Assembly: GCF_026802175.1 (NCBI RefSeq)
Contig: NZ_CP113797.1
Location: 719,026-783,025 of the forward strand
DNA: 64,000 nt
Source: Thermocoleostomius sinensis A174
Lineage (GTDB): Bacteria > Cyanobacteriota > Cyanobacteriia > Elainellales > Elainellaceae
Reading direction: 5' to 3'
Below are positions 40,450-50,110 of this stretch, one piece after another; position 1 is the stretch's first letter; each line of letters begins with the position of its first letter. The notes beneath the pieces were generated by a model that saw only the letters and a list, made by a program, of their open reading frames with translations, had not been told where the DNA came from and searched no databases. Both the position numbers and the translations under genes were made by a program.

Positions 40450-41412
40450 TTAAGCCGCAAAGTTCCACATCACGGGATCAGCATCTAAGTGATCGGTGAC
40501 GCTGCGGCTAATCCGATCGATTTCTTCCAACTCGTCTGGATTGAGCGTTACTTCTGCGGCGGCGGCATTCTGAACGGCCTGATCAGGATTGCGCGCCCCC
40601 ACAATTGCACTAGTTTGCGGTTGAGCAATCAGCCAAGCTAGAGATAACTGAGCAAGGGTGCAGTTATGACGATCGGCAATGGGTCGCAATTGATCTAATG
40701 CTTTCTGCGCCCGTTGGAAGTGTTCACCCTGGAACAGCTTGTTCTTAGTGCGAATATCACCCTCGGCAAACTTGTGATCTGGGCCAAATTTGCCCGTCAG
40801 TAATCCCTGCGCCAGCGAGGAATAGGCGATGATGGAAATATCATTTTCGACACAGTAGGGCATAATGTCCTGCTCTACCTGTCGCCAAAACAAGGAGTAG
40901 GGCGGCTGAATACTATCAATTTGTCCATATTGGGCTGCTTCCGCCAGTTGCTCCTTAGAGAAATTGGACACGCCGATCGATCGAATTTTACCTTGCTGCT
41001 TTAGGTCGTTTAGGGCCCGCATTGTTTCTTCGATCGGCACAACTTTGTTCTTAAAAGAACCTGCTGGCCAGTGAATTTGATACAGGTCAATGTAATCGGT
41101 TTTCAAGCGCTGGAGGGAACCTTCACAGGCATCCATCACCTGTTGATATTCCAGATGATTGGGAAATACCTTTGTAGCATACACCACCCGATCGCGCACC
41201 GAGTGTAGCGCTTGCGCCACTAGTTCCTCTGAGTATCCATTGCCATAGATTTCAGCGGTATCAAAGGTGGTTACTCCCGCATCATAGGCCGCCCGCATGG
41301 CTTGAATTACTTCTGCATCTTCAATGCCAACCCAGCCCGTTTTACCAGCTTGCCATGTGCCAAAAATAATCGGCGTAATGGTGATTCCAGATTTACCGAG
41401 TAATCGTGCCAT
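40450..41412 (-). CDS. Aldo/keto reductase family oxidoreductase
   Basis: …LGKSGITITPIIFGTWQAG… N-terminus. AKR catalytic tetrad context and a 320-aa TIM-barrel length. Confidence 0.85.
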   Translation of the reverse strand: MARLLGKSGITITPIIFGTWQAGKTGWVGIEDAEVIQAMRAAYDAGVTTFDTAEIYGNGYSEELVAQALHSVRDRVVYATKVFPNHLEYQQVMDACEGSLQRLKTDYIDLYQIHWPAGSFKNKVVPIEETMRALNDLKQQGKIRSIGVSNFSKEQLAEAAQYGQIDSIQPPYSLFWRQVEQDIMPYCVENDISIIAYSSLAQGLLTGKFGPDHKFAEGDIRTKNKLFQGEHFQRAQKALDQLRPIADRHNCTLAQLSLAWLIAQPQTSAIVGARNPDQAVQNAAAAEVTLNPDELEEIDRISRSVTDHLDADPVMWNFAA

Positions 41413-41553
41413 GATGGATTCCTAAATTCAACTGCCTATAGCAACGTTAGCGCATCCAATCATCACACAGCAGATTCAGCTTCGAGTGCTTTAAGGGGGT
41501 GAAACGTCTCCAGAGCGTAAGCCACTACAGTGTTGCCAGATATTGCCAAATTA

Positions 41554-41712
41554 GGCGTTGCTGAACAGAAGTATGATTCTCGTGCTGGAGCTTCTTCTTG
41601 CAGTCCTCACCCTAGCCCTCTCGCAAAGGAAAGGGAACAACAAGCCTGGCTCCCTTCTCCTAATGAGAAAAGTTGGGAATGCGGGCAATTCCTATCTGCG
41701 TTCAGCAACGCC
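41554..41712 (+). mobile_element. Complete MITE-like element (159 bp): 13-bp perfect terminal inverted repeats GGCGTTGCTGAAC…GTTCAGCAACGCC flanked by an 8-bp direct repeat CCAAATTA
   Basis: TIRs at 41554-41566 and 41700-41712. Identical CCAAATTA at 41546-41553 and 41713-41720 is consistent with a target-site duplication. No ORF. The internal hairpin CCCTTCTCC…GAGAAAAG is homologous to the copies at 20216-20317, 56477-56589 and 59421-59490. Confidence 0.65.
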
Positions 41713-42021
41713 CCAAATTAATAGATAAAACAAACGGGTCTACAGGTAGGTTGCTCAATAATAAAGTCCACTTTTGAATCTGAGTTAGAGCGTTGCTCTT
41801 TACTCCAATCTATCCGAGCTTGACAATCTCATATCAGTCTCAATGCAAGACACTACTTAATGATTTTTTCGAGGTACTCTAAAAATTTGCAATCCTTTCA
41901 ACCTACTGGGATAATCGCAGCAGAAAACTCTTAATTTTTTATCAGTCCTCTTGGTCTGCAAGTGTCCCTTGCCCATCTTAGTGTCCCTCTACCGTTTCGT
42001 TGATCTAAGTGAATTGTAGCT

Positions 42022-43029
42022 ATGACTGGACAGCCCCCTCCGGACCCTCGTTCTCGTAACCGTGATCTTGGCTTTGATGAGTTAGTTGCTATTTTTGTTT
42101 CCCTAGCGGCGATCGGCACCATTTTATTTTGGGGCTTGACCCGTGGAGATGGCATGAGGCTGACTGATTTGGGTGTGTTTGCTGATCCCACCCTTGAATC
42201 CGATCGAACACGAATTATTCCAGGAACTCGTCCTGAGAGCGATCGAACTATCATCACAGAAGAGTCTGCCCCGATTCAACCCTCGCCCACTGTGCAGGCT
42301 CCAATTCCAGCCACGCCCGTTGCTCCGGCTGTCGTGCCACCCCGATCGGTGACTGATCGTGCTGCCACAGCCCCCCAAACCACCCCAGCCCCTCCCGCAG
42401 CAACGGGGCCAATCGTAATTGCGCCACCACCCACTGCCGCTGCTGTACAATTCCCCGATGTGCCCGCCGACTATTGGGCCCGTCCATTCATTGATGATTT
42501 AAGCCAACGCAGAATCATTACCGGCTTGGAAGACGGCACCTATCGACCAGAGCAAGCTGTCACCCGTGCGCAATTTGCCACGCTAATTCAGTCAATTTTG
42601 CCGCCCGATCGAACCCAAGCCTCGATCGCCTTCAACGATGTTAGTGCTGATTATTGGGCCACGCCCGCCATCAACGCAGCCGTGCAGTCCGGGTTTTTGC
42701 GAGGATATCCCGACGGCAGTTTTCAGCCAGATCAACCCGTATCGCGGGTGCAGGTTTTAACATCCCTTGTGAATGGCTTGCAGCTATCTCCAGCCGCCAG
42801 CAACGATAACGTGAATCGATATACGGATGCTGACCAAATTCCCGACTGGGCGATTCCCATCGTAGCAACTGCCACGAATGAGGGATTAGTTGTGAACCAT
42901 CCCGACGTCAATCAATTGAATCCCAATCAGCCCGCCACCCGTGCTGAAATTGCAGCGATCATCTATCAAGCTCTAGAAGCAACTGGGCAAGTACCGCCCA
43001 TTCAATCCCAGTTTGTAGTGCAACCTTAA
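42022..43029 (+). CDS. S-layer homology (SLH) domain protein with an N-terminal membrane anchor and Pro/Thr/Ala-rich linker
   Basis: Three SLH motifs (…FPDVPADYWARPFIDDLSQRRIITG…, …FNDVSADYWATPAINAAVQSGFLRGYPDGSF…, …YTDADQIPDWAIPIVATATNEGLV…). Confidence 0.8.
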   Translation: MTGQPPPDPRSRNRDLGFDELVAIFVSLAAIGTILFWGLTRGDGMRLTDLGVFADPTLESDRTRIIPGTRPESDRTIITEESAPIQPSPTVQAPIPATPVAPAVVPPRSVTDRAATAPQTTPAPPAATGPIVIAPPPTAAAVQFPDVPADYWARPFIDDLSQRRIITGLEDGTYRPEQAVTRAQFATLIQSILPPDRTQASIAFNDVSADYWATPAINAAVQSGFLRGYPDGSFQPDQPVSRVQVLTSLVNGLQLSPAASNDNVNRYTDADQIPDWAIPIVATATNEGLVVNHPDVNQLNPNQPATRAEIAAIIYQALEATGQVPPIQSQFVVQP

Positions 43030-43082
43030 CTAACCGAGGCATGGGAAATGGGGCATCAGTTGTCATATCAGTCATCATAGAG

Positions 43083-43108
43083 GCGGGGATTTTCTCAATC
43101 ATCCCCGC
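43083..43108 (+). terminator. Putative terminator hairpin GCGGGGAT-(10 nt)-ATCCCCGC downstream of the SLH gene
   Basis: A perfect 8-bp GC-rich inverted repeat 54 nt after the stop codon, followed by a C/T-rich tract. Confidence 0.35.
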
Positions 43109-43555
43109 TTCCCCATTCCCACTTCCCGCTTTCCCACTCTATATGTCCTTCTCAAGTTTTTTGCTAGGGCGGCCATCGATCGCCGCGGGTTGTTCATTCA
43201 GTAGATGAATTCCTTCCATCATCACTAATCCATCTCACAGTTGGTTGAACAGTTTAAAGACAACTGTCTGACAGCGGTGAAGGAATCCTGCATCGCCCTC
43301 ATCCCCAGCCCTGACCCATACTTGGCATCAGAGAGCCGAACCTGCTTCTCTGGTGTCCTCCTCTCTCAGATTGGGGAGCGGTAAAGGCCAGAGCGGCGCA
43401 CATCACGTAAGTATAATTACCTTTGAACAAGGGAGAATTCCGATCGCTACAGAAAGACAATGGTGATTGGTAAAGTCAATCACATCACGTCACAGAAACG
43501 TTGAGAAATGTCTGCGGCAGAATGTATCTAATGAGACGACAGCCACGAATCAAGC

Positions 43556-46162
43556 ATGAGCATATTTAACTTCACGGTTGATCGAACGGTTGATCAATCA
43601 GCTGATCAAACTGCCACTTGCCCTCTGCACGAAGCGATCGAACCATCACAACCCCCATCTCGGTTTAGACACCGTTGGATTCAGCTTTTCTCGGTTTGTT
43701 GTGCGATTGGGGTGGGGCTGTTGCCACTGATGAAGCCTAAACCTGTTCTCAGCGCTGAACAAGTTTCAGTCACCTACGGTCCATTCGAGTTCCCTCTATC
43801 GATCGAATCGCTAGAAACATTTGCAGAAACCGGAGAAATCACTGGAGGAATGCGGTTCTATGCACGCTTCCTCGACGATGTTGCTCTAGCAGAATTTCAG
43901 CAGTTTTTACAGCGACGGTTTGAGGTGAATCCGTTTGTGCTCTCGCAGCTTACCTATTCTCCATTAGGTGAAGATGTCGTGCGGCGCTTGGGGGATGTTA
44001 TCCGCACTGATGCCAATCTCAATGGATTTTATGCGCTGCGATCGGCGATGATTTTGGCAGCCAACGATCCAGAGGGGCTGTCGGTGTTGGGGGTGCTGCG
44101 ACAATATCCGTCCTACCGCATCCGCATTAGTGCTCAACAGCTTTTTCAATTACGGCGAGAGCTAACCAAGCAAATTGAATATCGGGATGCGGCCATTGCG
44201 GCTATTGAGGAAGTTGCAACTCTGGAAGCGGCGAATCGTTCGGCGATCGATCTTCCAGCATTGCCTGTTCCAGGAGAACCCGGCCCGTATGCTGTGACCA
44301 TGCAATCACTCATCCTAAATCGCGATCGACAAACATTGTTGGGTGAAACGATCGAACGGCGATTCCGGGTGTTGGTCTACTTGCCCAATGGATTGACAGA
44401 ACCCGCCCCTGTGGTTGTGATTTCCCACGGACTGGGTTCTACTCCCGAAGCGTTTGCTTATTTGGGGGAACATTTAGCCACGCATGGATTTGTGACAGTA
44501 TTGCCGCAGCACATTGGTAGTGACGAGAGCCGCCGAGAGGGCGCATTAACCGGAGTTTTCAGTAGCGTTGTTACCCCAGTGGAATTTGTCGATCGGCCCT
44601 TTGACATCAGCTATACCCTGGATGAACTAGAGCGTTTGAATGAAACAGATGCTCGGTTTCAAGGTCGCATGAACCTGGAACAAGTAGGCGTGATTGGCCA
44701 TTCTTTTGGCGGCTACACAGCCCTGGCACTAGCAGGGGCCAATCTCAAGACTCAAGCCTATTTACGGCAACAGTGCGAAACCCTCAGCGCTCGCCTTGAT
44801 GCATCGTTTGTGCTGCAATGTACGGCTGCTTCGTTGCCGCCCTTCACCTTTGCACTGCAAGATGAGCGCATCAAAGCGACGATCGCTGTCAGTCCGCTCA
44901 CTAGTCTCGTATTTGGACCAGAGGGAATGGGGCAAATTCAGACTCCCACCATGATTGTAGCGGGCAGCAATGATTTCATCGCCTCGGCGGTTCAAGAACA
45001 GATTCACCCGTTCCTATGGCTCGATATGTCCGAGAAATACCTAGCAGTGATGGTTCCGAGTAGTCATACGTTTGTCGATCGCACGCCGCCCGGCAGTAAT
45101 CCGACCTTGGATGCGATTAGCACATTGTTGTCGGGTCCAGCGCCAGAGTTGGGGCAAGCCTATGTGCGCGAACTCAGTACAGCGTTTATGCAAACGTACT
45201 TAGGAAATCAGCCAGAGTATGAAGCGTTTCTCACCGCTGCCTATGCTCGGTCAATTGAACAAGAGCCGCTACAGCTAGAACTGATTCGATCGTTAACGCC
45301 TGAACAGCTAGAGCAAGCGTTTGGCGGGCCACCACCGATTCCCTTTTTCCCGGATATGGCCACCGCAGGCGCAAGCCCCGATCGTTCTGATCAATCAGGA
45401 GCGACTTTACAAACCATTGCTGAAACCGGAGTACTCCGCGCTGCGATTCGAGTAGACAGTCCCCCTTTCGGTTTTGTAGATGCCAACGATCAGATCCGTG
45501 GATATTGCGTCACCCTTTTAACTGGGTTAACCGATCGCTTGCAGCAGCAATTGGGCACCCCGGTGCGCCTGGACATTAGTACCGAATCCACTCGCGAAAA
45601 CCGCTTTGCAATCGTTCAAGATGGCACCGTACAGATCGAATGCGGCCCGAATCGGTTGCGACCCGATCTAGAAGATGTCCGGTTTTCTACGCCCTTTTTC
45701 CTAACTGGCACTCAGTTTTTAGTGCGCACCACAGAAACCGAGCAGATCAACCCACTCAGCAACTTAGCCAATGTGCGCGTGGGGGTAGTAGACGAAACCA
45801 CCGCTGCTTTTGTGCGACAACGCTACCCTCGTGCCACCCTTGTGCCGTTTGCTGAAAATAGTACCATTACTACAGGCGTGCAGGCCTTGGTCGATGGGAC
45901 AATTGACGCCATGGCCGCTGACGGCATTCTACTGTTAAATGCTGCCGATCGAGCCAACCTATCTACCAACGACTATACACTATTGCCCAGAGGCCCCCTC
46001 ACTTGTGCTCCCTATAGCCTGATCCTGCCAGAGGATGATGCTCAATGGCAGGAAACCGTGGATGATTTTCTGGTAGGACAAGCAGGCAGAGACATTCGCA
46101 GACAGCAATTTGCTAACCTAAGCTCCTATTTGTTCTTAACGTTGGACTATTGTGTGGAGTGA
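43556..46162 (+). CDS. Multidomain protein: DUF1400 N-terminal domain + alpha/beta-hydrolase (esterase/lipase-like, GHSFGG nucleophile elbow) + C-terminal SBP_bac_3 (periplasmic solute-binding, family 3) domain
   Basis: The N-terminal TM/signal and the DUF1400-like region (…YGPFEFPLSIESLETFAETGEI…). The hydrolase motif …VGVIGHSFGGYTALALAG…. The C-terminal region (…LRAAIRVDSPPFGFVDANDQIRGYCVTLL…) is typical of family-3 SBPs. Confidence 0.7.
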   Translation: MSIFNFTVDRTVDQSADQTATCPLHEAIEPSQPPSRFRHRWIQLFSVCCAIGVGLLPLMKPKPVLSAEQVSVTYGPFEFPLSIESLETFAETGEITGGMRFYARFLDDVALAEFQQFLQRRFEVNPFVLSQLTYSPLGEDVVRRLGDVIRTDANLNGFYALRSAMILAANDPEGLSVLGVLRQYPSYRIRISAQQLFQLRRELTKQIEYRDAAIAAIEEVATLEAANRSAIDLPALPVPGEPGPYAVTMQSLILNRDRQTLLGETIERRFRVLVYLPNGLTEPAPVVVISHGLGSTPEAFAYLGEHLATHGFVTVLPQHIGSDESRREGALTGVFSSVVTPVEFVDRPFDISYTLDELERLNETDARFQGRMNLEQVGVIGHSFGGYTALALAGANLKTQAYLRQQCETLSARLDASFVLQCTAASLPPFTFALQDERIKATIAVSPLTSLVFGPEGMGQIQTPTMIVAGSNDFIASAVQEQIHPFLWLDMSEKYLAVMVPSSHTFVDRTPPGSNPTLDAISTLLSGPAPELGQAYVRELSTAFMQTYLGNQPEYEAFLTAAYARSIEQEPLQLELIRSLTPEQLEQAFGGPPPIPFFPDMATAGASPDRSDQSGATLQTIAETGVLRAAIRVDSPPFGFVDANDQIRGYCVTLLTGLTDRLQQQLGTPVRLDISTESTRENRFAIVQDGTVQIECGPNRLRPDLEDVRFSTPFFLTGTQFLVRTTETEQINPLSNLANVRVGVVDETTAAFVRQRYPRATLVPFAENSTITTGVQALVDGTIDAMAADGILLLNAADRANLSTNDYTLLPRGPLTCAPYSLILPEDDAQWQETVDDFLVGQAGRDIRRQQFANLSSYLFLTLDYCVE

Positions 46163-46282
46163 GTAGGAACAGTGGATTGGGAAATTGGGCAAACGGCTAA
46201 ACCACAGATGCACCTTTCGGTTTTCCTTCCTCATCTACTCATTCACCCATCCACGTTCATCCTTTCTTTGCATCCTTCACGC

Positions 46283-47725
46283 ATGACACCGACCGAATCC
46301 GTTCAACTTCGATCGTTCGAGCAACAGCTAAATCGCGCTGACCTCACGCGAGTCATGTGGCTACTGTGGGGCTTATCGGCCGGGTTGATTGCCCTTGATG
46401 GGTTTGATTTTTTCATTATTGGCGTGGCGCTGCCGTTCATTCAGCGCGATTTTGGCTTAAACGCGACGGAAATTGGGGCAGTGGCGGGGGCCGCAGTGGC
46501 AGGAGCACTAGTTGGTTCGCTGACCCTTGGACCAGTCACCGATCGCATTGGGCGACAAATAATGCTGCTGGTGGACATTGCCATTTTCGTTGTGGCGACG
46601 ACAGGAACAGCGCTGGCTTGGAATGCGGCATCGCTAATTCTATTTCGCTTTTTGGTGGGGGTTGGGATCGGGGCAGACTATCCCATCAGTGTTGCTTACA
46701 TTACCGAGAATGTGCCTGCACGCTTGCGGGGACGAATGGTAATCGGTGCTTTTACGTTTCAAGCAGTGGGTGCATTGCTGGGGGCCGTGACCGGATTAAC
46801 GTTGATCTATCTCTTTCAACAATATGATTCCACCACAGATGAACTGGCAATTCACTATGCATGGCGGGCGATGCTGGGAGTGGGGCTATTACTGGCGATC
46901 GGCGTTGGCGCATTACGACTGAGCTTTTTGCTAGAAAGTCCTCGCTACTATATCGCTCGTGGCGAATACGACGAAGCCTCGAAGGCGGCTGCCATTCTCT
47001 TAGAAGAGCCGATCATCATCACCCCTGACACTGATCCGCCCGATCGCGAACCACAACTGCCCTACCACGCGCTGTTTTCCTCCACCTATCGCCGCGCTAC
47101 TGCCCTGGCCTCGCTACCTTGGTTTTTGCAAGATATTGCCACCTACGGCATTGGCATTTTTACTCCGGTAATTCTAACTGCGTTGGCTTTTGCCCACGAA
47201 GCTGATTTTATGGCGCAGACAATAGCTTCGGCTCAAGGCGCGGCAGTGGTCGATCTGTTTCTAATTGGGGGATTCTTGATAGCGGTATGGTTGGTCGATC
47301 GGGTTGGACGCATTCGTTTACAGATTATTGGCTTCGTGGGCATGGCGATCGGGCTATTGATTCTGGCAGTATCCGATCGCTTGGCTTCCGAAACGATATC
47401 CACTACAGCACTCGTATTAATTGGCTTTTTGGTGTTTAACTTGACGATGAATGCAGGGCCAAATTCCACCACATTTCTTCTATCGGGTGAAGTATTTCCT
47501 ACCTCCATTCGTGCTAGTGGGGCTGGGTTTGCCGCTGCGGTGGCCAAAGCCGGGGCCGTAATAGGAACGATGTTATTGCCACCGTTGCAAAAATCTTTGG
47601 GCATTTCCACGCTGCTGGTGCTGTTGGCGCTGCTGTGCGGGTTGGCGGCCATTCTCACCCATCTCTTTCGCATTGAAACAGTAGGACGATCGCTAGAATC
47701 AGTTGAACCCAAGCCGCAGAATTAA
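46283..47725 (+). CDS. MFS transporter (metabolite:H+ symporter / sugar-porter-like subfamily)
   Basis: 12 predicted TMs. …GPVTDRIGRQ… and …LFRFLVGVGIGADYP… are MFS motifs. The ATG at 46283 is preferred over the GTG at 46172. Confidence 0.8.
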   Translation: MTPTESVQLRSFEQQLNRADLTRVMWLLWGLSAGLIALDGFDFFIIGVALPFIQRDFGLNATEIGAVAGAAVAGALVGSLTLGPVTDRIGRQIMLLVDIAIFVVATTGTALAWNAASLILFRFLVGVGIGADYPISVAYITENVPARLRGRMVIGAFTFQAVGALLGAVTGLTLIYLFQQYDSTTDELAIHYAWRAMLGVGLLLAIGVGALRLSFLLESPRYYIARGEYDEASKAAAILLEEPIIITPDTDPPDREPQLPYHALFSSTYRRATALASLPWFLQDIATYGIGIFTPVILTALAFAHEADFMAQTIASAQGAAVVDLFLIGGFLIAVWLVDRVGRIRLQIIGFVGMAIGLLILAVSDRLASETISTTALVLIGFLVFNLTMNAGPNSTTFLLSGEVFPTSIRASGAGFAAAVAKAGAVIGTMLLPPLQKSLGISTLLVLLALLCGLAAILTHLFRIETVGRSLESVEPKPQN

Positions 47726-47736
47726 GCACACTCATT

Positions 47737-47772
47737 GATGGTCGATTTGATGGTCGATTTGATGGTCGATCG
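47737..47772 (+). repeat. 3 x 12-bp tandem repeat GATGGTCGATTT immediately after the MFS stop codon
   Basis: Directly visible: gatggtcgatttgatggtcgatttgatggtcgatcg. Confidence 0.6.
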
Positions 47773-47891
47773 TCCGGTTACTCACTGGTTATCTCTGTCT
47801 AAATCTTTAGTAAAGCCAAATTAATTAACTTGACGAATGTTTGCGGAATGGTTTTGCTGTTATATGGCCATAGAGTCTAGCCTGCATCTGA

Positions 47892-48749
47892 ATGAGGATC
47901 TATATGCCGCCGAGGACTTACTACACACCCGAAAGTTACCTGAGACGGCCATTCAAGCTACTGCGGGAGATGTGGCGAGATTTATTAGCCTCGCGTGAGT
48001 TGGCATGGCGGCTGATGGTGCGGGATATCAGCGCTCAATATCGTCAATCGTTTTTGGGATTTACTTGGGCCTTCTTACCTCCCATCCTCATGGCAACTGG
48101 CTTTACCTTGGCAGGGCAAGCCGAGGTGTTTAATGTCGGTGCAACCGATATCCCCTATCCCGCCTATGTCATGTTTGGCACGTCGCTGTGGCAAACCTTT
48201 ACAGAATCCATCAATGGTCCAGTTCAAGCCGTCACACAGGCAAAACCGATGCTAGCACGAGTTAACTTCCCGCGCGAGGCGATTATTCTAGCGAAGGTGG
48301 GTGAGGTGCTGTTCAACTTTGCCATCAAGCTCATTCTCATCATTGGACTATTTGTTTACTTTCAAATTTCAGTTAAATGGACAGTCATTCTGACTCCTGT
48401 ACCCTTGATTCACTTGATTTTACTAGGAACGTTAGTTGGCACGTTGCTTTCTCCATTAGGAGCGCTGTACCAAGATGTCTCGAAAGGTTTAACGTCACTG
48501 TTAGGCTTGTGGCTATTTATTACTCCAGTCGTCTATCCGGTTCCCTCTGAAGGATTGTTCGGAATGTTGGTAAGGTTAAATCCGGTGACACCGCTACTCG
48601 TCATGATTCGTGAATTAGCAACATCGGACGTGCTAACCCAAGCTCAAGCGTTTTGGATTGTTAGTATCTTGACGTGGCTTGGCATTTTTCTCACTTGGAT
48701 TACCTTCCGCATTGCTATGCCGTATGTCATCGAGAGAGTTAGTTCATGA
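47892..48749 (+). CDS. wzm: ABC-2 type polysaccharide/O-antigen export permease (Wzm/KpsM-like)
   Basis: A 6-TM ABC-2 permease profile, overlapping by 4 bp (ATGA) with the downstream ATPase gene. Confidence 0.8.
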   Translation: MRIYMPPRTYYTPESYLRRPFKLLREMWRDLLASRELAWRLMVRDISAQYRQSFLGFTWAFLPPILMATGFTLAGQAEVFNVGATDIPYPAYVMFGTSLWQTFTESINGPVQAVTQAKPMLARVNFPREAIILAKVGEVLFNFAIKLILIIGLFVYFQISVKWTVILTPVPLIHLILLGTLVGTLLSPLGALYQDVSKGLTSLLGLWLFITPVVYPVPSEGLFGMLVRLNPVTPLLVMIRELATSDVLTQAQAFWIVSILTWLGIFLTWITFRIAMPYVIERVSS

Positions 48750-50047
48750 CTACTATCCACACAAGAATTCAAGACGCTGTTATCCCGGATGATGACGATG
48801 TAGTGCTTGCAGTCGATCGAGTCTCGAAGAAATTTTGTCGCGATTTGCATCGATCGCTCCTCTATGGCGTGCAAGACATTACCAGCGATTTGCTAGGCGG
48901 AAGACGCCATACTGAAAAATTGCGATCGGGCGAATTTTGGGCACTAAACAACGTCAGCTTTCAACTGCGACGGGGCGAGGCTTTGGGGTTGGTGGGGGCG
49001 AATGGAGCCGGGAAAAGTACGCTATTGCGCATCATCAGTGGTCTAATTAAACCAGACACTGGCTCGGTGATGGTTGAGGGCAGAGTTGCCCCATTGATTG
49101 CGCTGGGAGCCGGGTTTAACCCAATTCTCACTGGACGCGAAAATATTTACGCTAATATGTCCATCCTGGGATTATCAACTCGCGAAATTAAACGGCGATT
49201 TGATGATGTGGTTGATTTTGCTGAAATTTGGGACGCGATCGACGCTCCGGTACAAAGCTATAGTTCTGGCATGGCTGCGCGGTTGGGGTTTGCCTGTGCG
49301 GTACATATTGAGCCGGACGTACTGCTAATTGACGAGGTGTTGTCGGTGGGGGATGTGAAGTTCAAGGTCAAGTGCCATCAGCGCCTAGGGCAACTACGGG
49401 AGAATGGAACCGCCTTTGTCTTGGTTTCTCATAACCCACACAGTGTCTTGAATGTATGTAATACATCAGTTTATCTTGCCAAGGGTAGGTTGCTAGCGGC
49501 TGGTGAGACCGAATCCATTATTCGCCAATATGAAGAAGATTTGTGCCTAAGTGGAACTGAAATGGCAACAGGGCGGTTGGTCTTGCCTGCAAAACCTCCT
49601 GGCGAAAGCACCGGAGTAGACATTACGGCACTGTGCTTTAAGGATGAACAGGGTGATTTGTTAACGGCTCCTGCTACAGGTGAGCCGGCTTTCTTGTCCA
49701 TTGAATGTAACGTCTGTGAACCTGTTGAAGCGGCGAATGTGAGCTGTCAAATTACGGCCCTGGCAGGTGAGTACGATAAGGTACTGTATCTCACCACAGC
49801 CAGCGACAACGAGTTCATTCATTTGCCATCTGGTCACGTTGAGATTCAAATGCAGATGCCCTATTTGGGTCTTAAACCAGGTGTCTATAGCGCAAAAATT
49901 TCAGTTCGCCAGGGTGTACGCTCCTTTGATATTGTCAAGTCATTTCGATTCACTGTAAAGGCTAGTAAAAACGTAAGTCGCTGTCTATTCTATCAACCTC
50001 GATCGTGGAAAACGATTCATCATTCTGCATCATTTAAATCTCACTGA
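48746..50047 (+). CDS. wzt: ABC transporter ATP-binding protein Wzt/KpsT-like, with a C-terminal carbohydrate-binding (Wzt_C-like) extension
   Basis: Walker A LVGANGAGKSTLL, signature SYSSGMAARLGFA, Walker B LLIDEVLSVGD. An extra C-terminal beta-rich domain of about 170 aa. Confidence 0.85.
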   Translation: MTTIHTRIQDAVIPDDDDVVLAVDRVSKKFCRDLHRSLLYGVQDITSDLLGGRRHTEKLRSGEFWALNNVSFQLRRGEALGLVGANGAGKSTLLRIISGLIKPDTGSVMVEGRVAPLIALGAGFNPILTGRENIYANMSILGLSTREIKRRFDDVVDFAEIWDAIDAPVQSYSSGMAARLGFACAVHIEPDVLLIDEVLSVGDVKFKVKCHQRLGQLRENGTAFVLVSHNPHSVLNVCNTSVYLAKGRLLAAGETESIIRQYEEDLCLSGTEMATGRLVLPAKPPGESTGVDITALCFKDEQGDLLTAPATGEPAFLSIECNVCEPVEAANVSCQITALAGEYDKVLYLTTASDNEFIHLPSGHVEIQMQMPYLGLKPGVYSAKISVRQGVRSFDIVKSFRFTVKASKNVSRCLFYQPRSWKTIHHSASFKSH

Positions 50048-50110
50048 GATTGTTCTCAAACGCGATAAAGCCATTACCACTGGTTGTATGTTCTATTGTA
50101 TTCATCCGTT

